Assembly (NCBI GenBank): GCA_905331295.1
Contig: CAJNYD010000360.1
Span: 124,001 to 162,586, forward strand
Length of the DNA: 38,586 bases
From: Rotaria socialis
Taxonomy: Eukaryota
Reading direction: 5' to 3'
The notes beneath the pieces were generated by a model that ran no database searches, had not been told where the DNA came from, and worked only from the letters and a program-made list of their open reading frames with translations. Shown piece by piece: positions 38,500 through 38,586 of this stretch (positions are counted from its first letter, which is position 1; each line of letters starts with the position of its first letter). Position numbers and translations under genes: made by a program.

Positions 38500-38586
38500 A
38501 CCCAAGGGGGAAAGTGCTGGCTCCAAGCACCAAAATTTACTATAAAGTGCTGAAGGTGCTGAACAGGTGCCGGAGGTGCTGAGCAG
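38500..38586. repeat. Start of a GTGCTG-rich repeat or MITE, truncated by the window edge
   Basis: CCCAAGGGGG followed by repeated (A/G)GTGC(T/C)G motifs in a GC-rich patch. Confidence 0.4.

Overview
AT-rich eukaryotic DNA with many short (about 43-70 nt) spliceosomal introns. Gene content and intron style resemble a bdelloid rotifer (inference). Hand-spliced genes: an 18-exon minus-strand gene with about six PLAT/LH2 domains (LOXHD1-like); a divergently transcribed TM-type (plant/Thermotoga-like) short tRNase Z; a double-ZZ-finger kinase with HRDIRPDN/DMG variants; and a 9-exon bacterial-type (xylellain-like) C1 cysteine protease fused to a roughly 250-aa Q/N-rich prion-like tail with periodic Trp motifs. 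Two pseudogenes are present: an RgpF-like glycosyltransferase and a rhodopsin-like GPCR. Intergenic DNA carries many non-autonomous transposons: a clean hAT MITE with an 8-bp TSD, a solo LTR with a 4-bp TSD nested in the TIR of a DNA element, CCGCGG- and GGGGACTC-rich elements, and a 3.9-kb non-coding foldback element with about 870-bp TIRs and three internal inverted-repeat pairs. The best candidates for novelty are the protease-prion-like fusion, the foldback element, and the group of intron-containing foreign-type genes.
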